Source: Octopus vulgaris (lineage: Eukaryota). Taken from it: a stretch of DNA of 64,000 bases. Below the pieces are notes generated by a model. The model was not told the origin of the DNA, made no database searches, and saw only the letters and a list, made by a program, of their open reading frames with translations. Location: positions 142,476,001 to 142,540,000 of the forward strand of contig OX597816.1 in assembly GCA_951406725.2 (NCBI GenBank). Reading direction: 5' to 3'. Below are positions 13,922 to 27,139 of the stretch, one piece after another; within the stretch, counting starts at the first letter, position 1, and each line of letters begins with the position of its first letter. A program made the translations under genes and the position numbers.

Positions 13922-14318
13922 GGATCTTTTCGGTTTGAACGGCAGTTTTTCTAGCGGTGTCATATGAAATTATGACCCTAGTATCGATCTATTGCATTTC
14001 AATCTGTTTCAGGGTTTGGGGTGGGGGGAAGGGTATCTTTTTTTCTTCAGAAATTGTAATAAGCCCAATCTGTTTCTTAAACGAGGGACATATTCATACG
14101 GCACAGAATGTTTTCACCTCAATAGACGTCATTGATTGGTTTAAATTGCAGAAATTGAAGAAAAAAAAACAACAAATATCTTACAAACTATAGAATTTTC
14201 TCAATAAAGCCAAGAGAAAAAGATGTTTTATAAACACATTCTACCAGTATACGAAGTTTAAAAGTGTTTAGTTACGTGGAAATTATTTTAAAAACTGCCG
14301 TTCAAACCGAAAAGATCC
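13922..14318. mobile_element. MITE, probably Merlin superfamily
   Basis: Perfect 29-bp TIR GGATCTTTTCGGTTTGAACGGCAGTTTTT; 8-bp TSD TGATTCAC (13914-13921 / 14319-14326); second copy at 57111. Confidence 0.9.
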
Positions 14319-14694
14319 TGATTCACTTGAAATTTCATTCACTATTTAACTCCCAATAAACCTTAAAAAAATTGAATAAAAACTCAGCTGTCAAGTTGTT
14401 TAGTTTTCTGAGCTTTATCAAGCTGGTAAATATCAAATCATTGGTTTCATTGAGCCGTAATATATTTTTTCTTCAATATAATCAAGATATTCGCCAATCA
14501 TCCACACTGATATTGCTTTTGCATTCAGTCATTGTCATTTCGCAACTCTAAACACTAGCTGGTTGGCCTATACAGTAGGTTACAGTTCGCTACTGTCAGG
14601 GCTGGCCTTAAGCCGATTGGACCGATTGCTCCCAATAGGACCCCGCACTCAAGAGGGTCAAATTCTATACTGCAACTTTTCATAAATATCTATC

Positions 14695-15540
<846 letters not shown>

Positions 15541-16990
15541 ACAACATCCATATCATATTGATGTTTAATATATCCTCACTTCCTAAAGATTTAAAGGAAT
15601 TTTACAGCTATTCCTAGCATGTTTATTGACTTGTAAAGACTCCTTCACTGGCCCCTTATGTACTAGTTAGACTGTTAGTAAAATGGTCTTTAGTGAGAAG
15701 TGTTACAGTCACACAACAGTTAACATATGTGAAAAAAAATAATAATAACCAGATCTCTACATTGCTGACAAATTGCTAAACATCTGTGATGTCATTTAGC
15801 TTACTTGTAATATTCATTCTGATTAGGACTTTCATTTGTCCTAGTTTCATCAGGACTCTCCTGATTTAATAATGTTGGTTATACTTTTTATCCTGGTTTA
15901 TCAGGAAATGTTAAGTATTAATTAGTCTTCTTGATGCATTATGAAACAACTATAGCAATAATTCGACCAGGATTTGAAACTAAAACTCTCAAGTTCATTC
16001 ACATGCATAAACCATGACATTCAGAATTGTTCCTTGAATTGAAAAAAAAAGAGAAGGCTATTTAAAAATCAGATGTCCACTATGAAAGTAAGTTAGTAAC
16101 AATCAATTTTCATAAGCTGAGAGAAAGAATAAAGTTCTGAATACTGACCATTCACACAGTAATAACTGATTATATTAGGCCTTATATAAGATATGTTTTA
16201 CATGAGGAATAGAGGCATACTGCAGAGTTTGGATGATTCAGATCATTTCACAGACAATTCACCAAAATGACCACTGACTAAGATATCTCTCATACTGTTT
16301 TTGTCTTTTATCTTTTTTTTCTCTGTCTTAACCAAGCTGCCAAGAACTACTGGATTTTTGACAATCATACTTAATTCTTCTTTCCCTCACACACACATAT
16401 ATTTATGGAAACATACACCTTCTCTCCAATGAGTATTTTGTTTGTTTGTTTGTTTTTTTTGTGCTGTACACACAAACACACACAAACACACACACACACA
16501 CATACACTTGTAGTTAAGATCAACCAAAGGATTGGAAAGGAAGTAATATTGATGAATTATTTGATGAAGATGTTATTGCATAGAGCTTTTGAGCTTCTAA
16601 AGTAGAAGTCTGGAGAATACAGAACTCTAAGTGTGGAAAAGAAGTGGCAATTTTTATATTTTGTCCATTGTATATTAGTGAAAAAAACTCTTGGTACCAT
16701 ACATTCTTTGTCTTCCCTGTATTTCTGTGACAGTTGAATGAGTATCTTCTGTAACAAATAATGTGTGGTCAGATGAGTGGGGCAATATGGCAGAAGCTAT
16801 AGTCAGGAGTTTTCTGATAACTAAAATAAACATCCTATCAAGCCACTCAAGATTTTTTCAGAAAATTAAAACTGACAATGAATTTCAAAGTAGTTTCAAT
16901 TAAAAAAAAATTGTCAAAGTGCTGGTGATTGAATAACATATTACTTGACAATAAAATATGTTTGTTTTTAAATGCTATTCTATTTGATAA

Positions 16991-17387
16991 TCTTTATATA
17001 TAAAAGTGAGGTTGTGTGCTGTCTGTCTCCTACAATTTAGATTCCTAACTACTCCCACATTTTGCGGTGCAGTTTAACCAAAACCGGGTATCTTATAGTC
17101 GTGATTTATATCGAGCTCTTCTGGGTATTAGCGCGCGTCTACAATGAGTCTACGATTTAAAAAAAAAATTTACCATCAATTTTTCCCATTTTTAATGCAT
17201 TTTTGGCATATATAAGGGAAGTAACTCTCTAAAAATGTATTATTAAATCTCAGAACGTAAAAAGCTACAGTAACAACCCCCCCTTTGTGTTAGCCATATT
17301 GAGATGGCTATTATACTTTACATCTCTAAAAATGCTTATATAGTTATTTCCCTTACAAACCCGAGCAACCCCGGGCGATACTGCTAG
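16991..17387 (+). mobile_element. non-autonomous Helitron
   Basis: A|TC at the 5' end, hairpin 'cccgagcaaccccggg', CTAG|T at the 3' end. Confidence 0.85.
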
Positions 17388-18754
17388 TATTATATATACA
17401 TGTAGCATGTCTGGTAATATGGCTAGCGGTATTTCATCCATTTTTACATTTTGAGTTCACCAAGGTCGACTTTGTCTGTCATCATTTTGGGGTCAATAAA
17501 ATAAGTATTAGTTGAGCACTGGGGTCGATGTAAAATGACTTAACCCTCTCCTGAACTTGCTGACATTATGCCAAAATTTGAAATCAATATTTTACCTGCA
17601 TGTGCTGTCAAGTAAAGATTAATTGCTTTGTATATCCATTTACCCATGCCAGCATGGAACGCGGACGTTAAATGATGATGGTGATGATCTGACTGGTGGG
17701 AAGAGGAAACTCACTCTACTTTAATACCCAACCAATATGCTACAGTTTTTCAGATTTTGCATAATATTCCAAAAGAAACTAAAACTAGAACCATAGAAGT
17801 TTCAATTCCTGTGGTCCCACTTTTGACTTCTTTTGGTCCTGGTTCACTGCTAAAAATTATTGTAAGCCTACTTCTAGTTGAGATAATTGACACTTTTCAT
17901 TTGTAATTCTCCAAATTCCTTAGAATGTGTGACAATCAAAACTAAGAGCCCATGATCTTCAGAATGTTATGAATTGTGGTGGAACACTTATATTGTACAG
18001 CTTCTCCTCTATTCACCAAACTAAATGTGATTTCAGATTGATATACATTTGCCTAAGAAAATACTAGAAATATATTTTAGATTTAGAAAATAATTCTTTG
18101 GTTGAAAATATTTTCGAAGTATGGGATTTTGTGATAACTAGAAATAGTGTATACCATATTTTTGAACCAATGTTTTATACTGGTTTTTGATAAAGCTTGA
18201 AGAAGTAAATTTAAGCGATATTTCCGGACAATTGCGAATTTGTAGGAAAGGTTTAACATAACCTGAGGTGAGCAATAAGCCTAAAATTATTCCCTATTAG
18301 AATTACTTCCCTTTAAGTTAAAGTTGACATTTGTTAGCTCCCTTATATTAGTAGCTGTTTTTAAGCACCGTCGGCTTACAATTTTCTTAATTTTAAACGA
18401 TAGATCTTTAGGCTGAGACTGCCCCCTCAGCTCATCAACAATCTGATTCCACTATCACATTCTTTCTTTCTGTTATACTAAGGCCTTCATAAATCACCAC
18501 TTTATATTCTCCATCGCTACTACAATACTACCACTTCATCTGTCTCTTATACGGCAAACTTCAGTTATTATCATCACACTGTAACCACTACTGCATCCTC
18601 CCTTTCTCTATACCTCTTCTACTGCAACTTTCATACGCCACCAATACACGACATCCTCCCTGTATCACATATATTTTGCTATTATAATTTTCACGTATTA
18701 CAACCACCCCAAGTACACCAATATAATGTACCTTCCCTTTGTCTCTTGTTGAAG

Positions 18755-19050
18755 CTGCATGGCTCGGTGGTTAGAGTGTCAGGCTCACAATCATGAAATA
18801 GTGAGTTCGATTCCTGGCCCATGCAGTGTGTTGTGTTCTTGAGCAAACACTTTATTTCACGTTGCTCTAGTTCCTTCCGCTGTTGAAATGACATGCGACG
18901 TCACTGGTGCTAAGCTGTATTGGCCTTTGTCTTTCCCTTGGATAACATCGGTGGCATGGAGAGTGGAGGCTGTTATGCATGGGCGACTACTGGTCTTCCA
19001 TAAACGACTTTGCCTTGACTTGTGCTTCAGAAAGTAACTTTCTAAGAGCA
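18755..19050 (+). mobile_element. tRNA-derived SINE (another family)
   Basis: A box 'tggctcggtgg' and B box 'gagttcgattcc', followed by a SINE body. Confidence 0.7.
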
Positions 19051-21139
19051 ATCTCATAATTTTATGAGTAATGTGTATTAAGTCTATAAAATTGTGCATA
19101 AAATATATAAAGTGCATTAAGTAATCATCATATTCCAGTTTCTTTCACTTTCAATGAGTAGTGGATGAGCAAGTATCTCTCCATACAGGCACAACACAGG
19201 CTATGCTTTCAGGTTTTTTGGATAAAGTTTTTAGAAAAAACCCAATAGGTTTACCATTAACTCCATGAAATATTCATGGCCAAAGTCTCTTCTATTGTAA
19301 CTGCAAATGTTCCTAAACTAGATATTGAAGTATATTTGTTTCCCTTCTTTTTGTTATCTCTGCAGTATCTCATTCCCAAACCTAAATTATCTAAACTTTT
19401 ACTCAAGGAACAGTGCTGTTCTGAAACACTCTTCTCTGCCAATGTTTTCTCTACAACCTGCAGAAATCCAATCTGAACATTGACAACATTGACATCATCA
19501 ACCAATCTGGTATGATGAGAGGAAGTGAAGTAAAAGTGGATTGTAGTTTATTCACAAGATCAAAGGTTGCTAGAATAGTGATTGATGACCCAGGGAGAAA
19601 AAACAGCACATAGGTTTACCATTAACTCTGTGAAATATTCATGGGTCCTGCTCATTATTATTATTTGTTTAGAACTAAGTCAGCTTTGATTCATCCAGAC
19701 CTATGATGCAAAGCATTCCTTTTTATTCATAGTTTATTTAAAACCATATACAATTTCAAACCTTTAATATGGTAGGATATAATTTAAGGGAGATTTGTTT
19801 GCTATCTCTGACAGATCTAGCAACACAAAGGTATCGTCATTAGCTAAAAGGTTTTTATTATTCTGAGCCCTAACTATAGAATTTAGGATGTTTGTATATG
19901 TGTAAAATTAATAAAATGTCTTTAAAGGCATAGAATAGTTCCTATTTCAATCAGATACTGATGTGTTAGAGATGAAAATTAATAGAAAGAACTTACAACA
20001 AAGTTAATTTATAATTCAATGTAAAAATATAACTATGAACATTCTAAATACTGACAATGGTCATAAAAATGTTGTTGCTGATAGTTTGAGTGACCAAAAT
20101 GAACTTAATATTGAATAAAAAGATATTTGCTATTAGTATAGAGTAACATTAAATAGAAATTTAAAACATTGATAAAACACACACTTAGATTTCTGAGATT
20201 ATTGCGTTCCTCAATCAATAATGGCCCTGCACTTATTTTCTTTGCCAATATATAAATTAAGGTGGCAAGCTGGCAGATTTGTTAATGTGCTGGACAAAAT
20301 GATTAGCAGCATTTCTTCCTGCACTTTATATTCTGAGTTCAAATTCCACTGAGGTTGATTTCACCTTTCTTCCTTTTGGAATCAATAAAATAAAGGGCCT
20401 GTAGTCCTTGGATTGGATGGGTAATCATTGTCCAAATTCTTATTCAAAACTATTATCCTCCTAGATAGGTCAGGGGATCATATCTCAAATGTTATTGGAT
20501 TTGGTATGGTTTCTACTTTCAGCCCATCACTGTCTCCACTCCTTTGTTAACCATTCTACAGAACGTACTAGCTGCATTTTATTGTGGCATCAGCACTTGT
20601 GCAGTTGCTTTATACCCTAGGCAGAAGGGGGTCCTCATTGTTCTAAGCTATCTCAGTCCGTATGGAGCAATGAGACAGATAGAGTGAGTAAAAGAGGAGA
20701 AACTACAAAAGAACTAGAGTGAAATGGAGACATAGTTGACATGATGATTGGAGTGACAGCATAGAAGAGGTGGGTGGAAGTGGAGAGACAGTGCTAGAAA
20801 TAATGGAAGAGACAATATTGGAAGGTGTAATAAGAAATTGATTTGTTCTTATCAAGAACATAAAATATCAAATAATTGCTTTCATACCAATCTCTAACAT
20901 TGGAATGAAATACATGGGACTTATAATCTTAAGACCAAAAATTTCAAAACTATAAATTGCATTTTGGGGGATCTTTTTAAGTAGCTTTAGCTTTATAATA
21001 ATTAACATGGGGAATGTACCATTCCTTATAATAAAGATGTTTGGATCTCCTGGAAAGAAATCTATAGTTAGACATCTTTCTAACTTGTTTAAACTAAGTT
21101 TCATGTTGGACTGGAGAAATATCTACAACATGCCACAAA

Positions 21140-24100
21140 TCATCATCATCATCATCATCTAGCATCCGCTTTCCATGCTAGCATGGGTTGGACGGTTCAA
21201 CTGAGGTCTGTGAAGCCAGAAGGCTGCATCAGGCCCAGTCTGATTTGGCAGTGTTTCTATGGCTGGATGTCCTTCCTAACACCAACCACTCCGTGAGTGT
21301 AGTGGGTGCTTTTTACGTGCCACCCACACAGGTGCCAGACAGAGCTGGCAAACGGCCATGGACGGATGGTGCTTTTTACATGCCACCGGCACGGGGGCCA
21401 GGCGAGGCTGGCAATGGCCACGAACGGATGGTGCTTTTTACGTGCCACCGGCACGGGGGCCAGGCGTGACTGGCAATGGCACGGAGGCCAGTCGGGGCGG
21501 CGCTGGCAACGGCCACGATCGGATGGTTTGCTTACTTCTCACCGGCACTGGTATCACAGCTGATGTTGATCGACTTCGATTTTGGTTCTGCTTTCTGATA
21601 TCTGATTTGATTTGGTTTGATTTTGATTTTCACTTGCCTCAACGGGTCTTCACAAGTGGAGTTTTGTGTCCCAAGAAGGAAAGGTATGTATAAGTTGACT
21701 GGCTACATACCAGGTAGAGGCCACGGGTTATGGTCTCACTAGTCTTGCCAGGTCTTCTCACGCACAGCATACTTCTATAGGTCTCGGTCTCTAGTCATTT
21801 CCTTGGTGAGACCTAAAGTTCAAAGGTCGTGCTTCACCACCTCGTCCCAGGTTTTCCTGGGTCTACCTCTTCCACAGGTTCCCTCAACCCCTAGAGTGTG
21901 GCACTTTTGCACACAACTATCTTCAGCCATTCTCATCACATGACCATACCAGCGCAAAACGTCTCTCTTGCACACCACAACTGATGCTTCTTAGGTCCAA
22001 CTTTTCTCTCAAGGTACTTACACTCTGTCGATTATGAACACTGACATTACACATCCATCGGAGCATACTGGCTTCATTTCTTGCGAGCTTACGCATATCC
22101 TCAGCAGTCACAGCCCATGTTTCACTACCATGTAGCATGGCTGTTCGTACAAATACATCATACAGTCTGCCTTTTACTCTGAGCGTGAGGCCTTTTGTCA
22201 CCAGCAGGGGTAAGAGCTCTCTGAACTTTGCCCAGGCTATTCTTACTCTAGCAGTTACACTTTCAGCACACCCACCCCTGCTACTGACTTGGTCACCTAG
22301 GTAGCAGAAGCTATCAACTACTTCTAGTTTTTCTCCCTGGAACGTGGTAGAAGTTGGTCTCTGCACATTTTCAGTGTTTATTGCTCCTGAGCATCTGCCA
22401 CAGACAAAAACTATTTTCCTAGTTAGCCTTCCTTTGACATTGCTGCACCTCTTATGTGTCCATAGTTTACACTTGGTGCACCTTATAGAGTTTCTACCTA
22501 CACCTCTTTTACAGATCGAGCAGGGCCATCTACCTGAAGGTGTTTGTGATTGGTCTACCTTCTTACTTATTAGGACTTTGGTTTTGGCGGTTAATATAGG
22601 GCGTTACGATTATCAGAAAATCAAAAACAAAATGTGTGTAATAGGTGTAAAACAACTTCCTATGAACGAATATGAAAAGAAAAATTCGCGCACGCGAAAG
22701 GGGGGTGGGGGAGAGGCCTCGGAAAATTCACATCGGGAAGTTCCGAAAGCGTCTGAGGAGCTGGCCCGGGCACCAAAACAAAAAAAAAATAGTGTAATAT
22801 GTGTAAAACAACTTGCTCTAAACGAATATGACAAAACAAATGCGCTCTCGCGAAAGAGGGGTGGGGGAGAGGCCTCGGAATATTTATATCGGAAATTTCC
22901 GAAAGCGTCTGAACCGGGCACAAAAACAAAAATAAAAACAGCGTAATAGGTGTAAAACAACTTGCTCTAAACGACTATCACGAAAAAAATGCGCGCTCGC
23001 GAAAGGGGGGGTGGGGGAGAGGCTTCGGAAATTTCACATCTTCAGTCCACGGCCTTTAAACTAAGAAAAAATAGTGTAATTGGTGTAAAACTACTTGTTC
23101 TAAACGAGTATCAAGAACACACACTCACACATGAATCATAAACTCCGTATTTTTGTACATATTTCGCAAAAAAAATAATAAATAAAGAGAAGAAATTCTG
23201 GAAAAAGTGAAGAAATGTTGGATCTCATTCCTTGGTTAAAGCTATTTTAAACATTAAATTTATGCTTTTCTTTGAAATAGTTCAGATATATGCAATTCTT
23301 CTCACTTATTAAGATGCATTTATCAGAAAAAAAGAGACAGAAAAATTATTATTTTGTGTCAATCCTTCCCTAATTATCCTTTATTAATTAGTTTTGGCGT
23401 GTATTTTTTTCCCAAATTTATTTTTTCACCTTTACAACACTGTTTAGTAAAGCAATTAATTATCTTTATAATTTGCATATTTGACTTATTAATCAAAATT
23501 CTCTAGATGTAATATATACTAAGTAATGCATCCTTCATTTATGTGTTCCGTTCTGTATTATGCATGCGTGACTGTTTGTATGTAAGTGTGTTTAACTGTG
23601 CACATGAATGTGAATATTAAAGAACATATTTATTTACTATGATTGTTATTTTCAGAACAAATAAATCTTTTGGCTGTTATGTTATTGATGTTATTATTAT
23701 TGCTAGTTAAAGGGTGGTGACTTGGCTGAATATTTTGAGTCTTGTAGTATGTAGTTGTGTTAGTCAATATTCTGAGTTCAAATCCAACTCATTTCTTTAT
23801 CATCATTATCGATGGACCACTCAAAGAGGTATGTATACATTATCATTTTCGTAACATAATTTCTGTAGTATTTCAAGATGTTTCTAACACGTATTTTGAT
23901 TCACATGGCGGAGATCCAACATTTCTTCACTTTTTCCAGAATTTCTTCTCTTTATTTTTTTTTTTGCGAAATATGATTTTATGATTCATGTGTGAGTGTG
24001 TGTTCTTGATACTCATTTAGAACAAGTAGTTTTACACCAATTACACTATTTTTTCTTAGTTTAAAGGCCGTGGACTGAAGATGTGAAATTTCCAAAGCCT

Positions 24101-25400
24101 CTCCCCCACCCCCCGTTCGCGAGCGCGCATTTTTTTCGTGATAGTCGTTTAGAGCAAGTTGTTTTACACCTATTACGCTGTTTTTGTTTTTGTTTTTGTG
24201 CCCGGTTCAGACGCTTTCGGAAATTCCCGATATAAATATTCCGAGGCCTCTCCCCCAACCCTCTTTCGCGAGAGCGCATTTGTTTTGTCATATTCGTTTA
24301 GAGCAAGTTGTTTTACACATATTACACTATTTCTTTTTTGTTTTGGTGCCCGGGTCAGCTCCTCAGACGCTTTCGGAACTTCCCGATGTGAATTTTCCGA
24401 GGCCTCTCCCCCACCCCCCTTTCGCGTGCGCGAATTTTTTTTTTCATATTCGTTCATAGGAAGTTGTTTTACACCTATTACACACATTTTTTTTTTGATT
24501 TTCTAATAATCGTAACGCCCTATATTAACCGTTTTGGCTAGGTTGATTCTAAGGCCCTTCGATTCTAATCCTTGCTTCCACACCTGAAACTTCTCCTCCA
24601 GTTTTGATAGTGACTCATCAATTAGAGCAAGGTCATCAGCATAGAGGAGCTCCCAGGGGCATCCTGTCTTGAATTCTTCCATTATTGCCTGGAGGACTAT
24701 GATAAATAGGAGGGGACTGAGGACTGAACCTTGGTGGACCCCAACCTCTACCCGGAATTCTTCACTGTACTCGTTGCCAACCCTCACCTTACTAGCAGCG
24801 TCTCTGTACATGGCTCGCACAGCTCTCACTAATCACTCATCTATCCCTAGTTTCCTCATTGACCACCAGATAAGGGATCGGGGGACCCTGTCGAAGGCTT
24901 TCTCCATGTCAACAAAAGCCAGGTACAGGGGCTTATCTTTGGCTAGGTATTTCTCCTGCAGCTGTCTTACCAGGAATATAGCATCAGTAGTACTTTTCCC
25001 TGGCACGAACCCAAACTGCATCTCATCTAAGCTAACTCTCTAATTAGTTGGGCTATAACCCTCTCCGTAACCTTCATTACCTGATCCAGCAGCTTGATAC
25101 CCCTGTAGTTATTTGTATCTAGGGCGTCACCTTTACCTTTGTAGCAGTTGACTATTATGCTGCTACACCAGTCATTGGGAATGACTCCTTCGTGTATCAC
25201 CTGGTTAACTATACGGGTGACTAGGCTATAGCCTACACTACCAGATATTTTGAGCATCTCTGCAGTAATTCCTGATGGGCCTGGGGCTTTCCCTGTTTTC
25301 ATGCTTGTAATTGCCTTAACTACTAAGGAACTCTCAAATCGGATTGCTGGTCCCTCTGTTGGGTCGACATTCGGCAGACTCACTTTATTCCATTCATTTT
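21140..25400 (-). mobile_element. 5'-truncated RTE-clade LINE, split by a TIR element at 22589-24530
   Basis: RT peptides KAPGPSGITAEM, YRGIKLL, QFGFVPGKSTTDAIF, FVDMEKAFDRV, GVHQGSVLSPLLF, LLYADDL, FCYLG and MLHGSETW; (GAT)n tail at 21140-21160. Confidence 0.95.
22589..24530. mobile_element. non-autonomous DNA transposon with about 630-bp internally repetitive TIRs (Merlin-like foldback)
   Basis: Ends GGTTAATATAGGGCG...CGCCCTATATTAACC; 8-bp TSD GTTTTGGC (22581-22588 / 24531-24538). The mirror-image ORFs at 22613-22960 and 24159-24506 reflect the TIRs. Confidence 0.92.
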
Positions 25401-27139
25401 GAACTGCATAAAATACTACACAGGGAAACTACCGCTAATGTTCCTAGTGCTGGTTAGCATACCACTGCTAGATTCATTGCAATTGTAAACCACTGTTAAA
25501 TATCCTCCTGTCAGACTCATGTCACTATAAATCATGCTTAAGTACTCCATTGCTAGACTATAGGCTTTTTCATCAATAATTTTGAATTCCTCTACCTTTA
25601 TTGCAATAATATTTAAACTCTTCCAATATCATTAAAATCAGTTTTATATTTCTTATAATATACTGATACAGTCAGCAATTAGATGTAATAACCCTTTAAT
25701 CCAATTCTTTCTTAATATGCTCCATGTCCATCTTCCACTAATGATCAGTTAGCAAAAGTAGTTTCATTTGTCTTATCACATAACTATAACACTGCAGATA
25801 TGCAGCAATTGCAATGAAACTAAACACTACAATATTCAACCAGTTTTTTAGCTCCTAGCTTTTTAATCGTTGCACTATTGGAACATCACTTTTAAGGGAT
25901 TCAGTTGATTATATTGACCCTCAACATTTTGTCTGCAACTTATATTATTGACTTCAAAACAAGATAAAAAGCTAGGTCACTCAGACTAAAGAGATACAGT
26001 CAAGACAGGTTGAATTTTTGAAATGCCATACCAATGTACCCATATGTACATCAGGCAAGTGTCTATTGTTTTCATTTACAGTTTTTCCTTTGCAATGGAT
26101 TCAGTCAACACAAGACCATAATAGAAGTTACTTGTCCAGGGTGTTATACAGTTGGTGAGAACCCAGGCTACATGGTTGCAATACAAACTTTTCAACCATA
26201 GTTTTTGCCTGCATCCATATACTTGAATTTTAAAATGCTAACAATTAAATAATTCAATATAGATGTTTCAATTTTAGTAAATGTCCTATCTGCTGTTTAA
26301 GTTTCCAATGCCGTATAGCACAAAGAAACTCCACATATTCCAACCAGCCATGTCTATTGTTTCTTTTTGTTTGACCATCCATTCATGATATCTTTTTCTC
26401 TGCATTGTTCTCTGCCAAGTAGATCTAGGTCTTCTACTTTTGCAGTTACTTGGAACTATCCATTGTACTACCTGATGTATTAGCCAGCCTTAAAACTGGG
26501 AACAAAGTATGTGACACACTCATCCTTATTTCTTCAGTTATATATAGTATTTAAATCAAAAAAATGTCCTGTTTTACAGAAAAATGCTACTCTGAAAATC
26601 CAGTCATACTATTTGAGAGCAAAAACCTTGTTAGTTTACCCTAGGAAATAATAATCTAAACTCTGCTACTCTTAATATTGAATAAAAGTTTAAAAGCAAA
26701 CAAAAACCTTAGTAAAACTTCAGAAGTTCTTACAACTTTGGTCGTTGTAATGCTTTGCTTTCATTTGATTAATAAAAATTCTTCTTCGTATAATGATTAC
26801 GCTTTCATTTTGTGACAAACAACTATCATGCTGAAAATACCAGCTTCTAAATCTGGTTTTCTGATTTGGTGAAAATGATTAAACTTTAAACCTCAGTAAC
26901 ATTTTTCTGCAATAAGTATGTATATATGTGTGTGTGTGTGTGTCTGAGTGTTTATTTACAATGGACAGCAGAAAAGAGTCCACTGTCATCAATTGTTGTC
27001 AATTTACGCCCTCTCTCCTTAAAGCTATATAATGTCACATTCACCTTTGTTTCCCTTTATGGGCATTTTAAATACTTATGTGTATGTGCATTGTTTGAGT
27101 GTGTATTTACAAAAGTATGTATGCAGCATCATGTGTATA

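Noticed and set aside
21290-21550. Regularly spaced direct repeats ('ggtgctttttacgtgccacc') resembling a CRISPR array
   Set aside because: The spacers are homologous to each other, the context is eukaryotic, and the repeats are the RTE 3' UTR (also at 12830-12975 and 29570-29710).
22344-24506. Paired 100-200 aa ORFs with repeated GGGEASE motifs
   Set aside because: They are mirror-image readings of the repetitive TIRs and show no protein-family signature.
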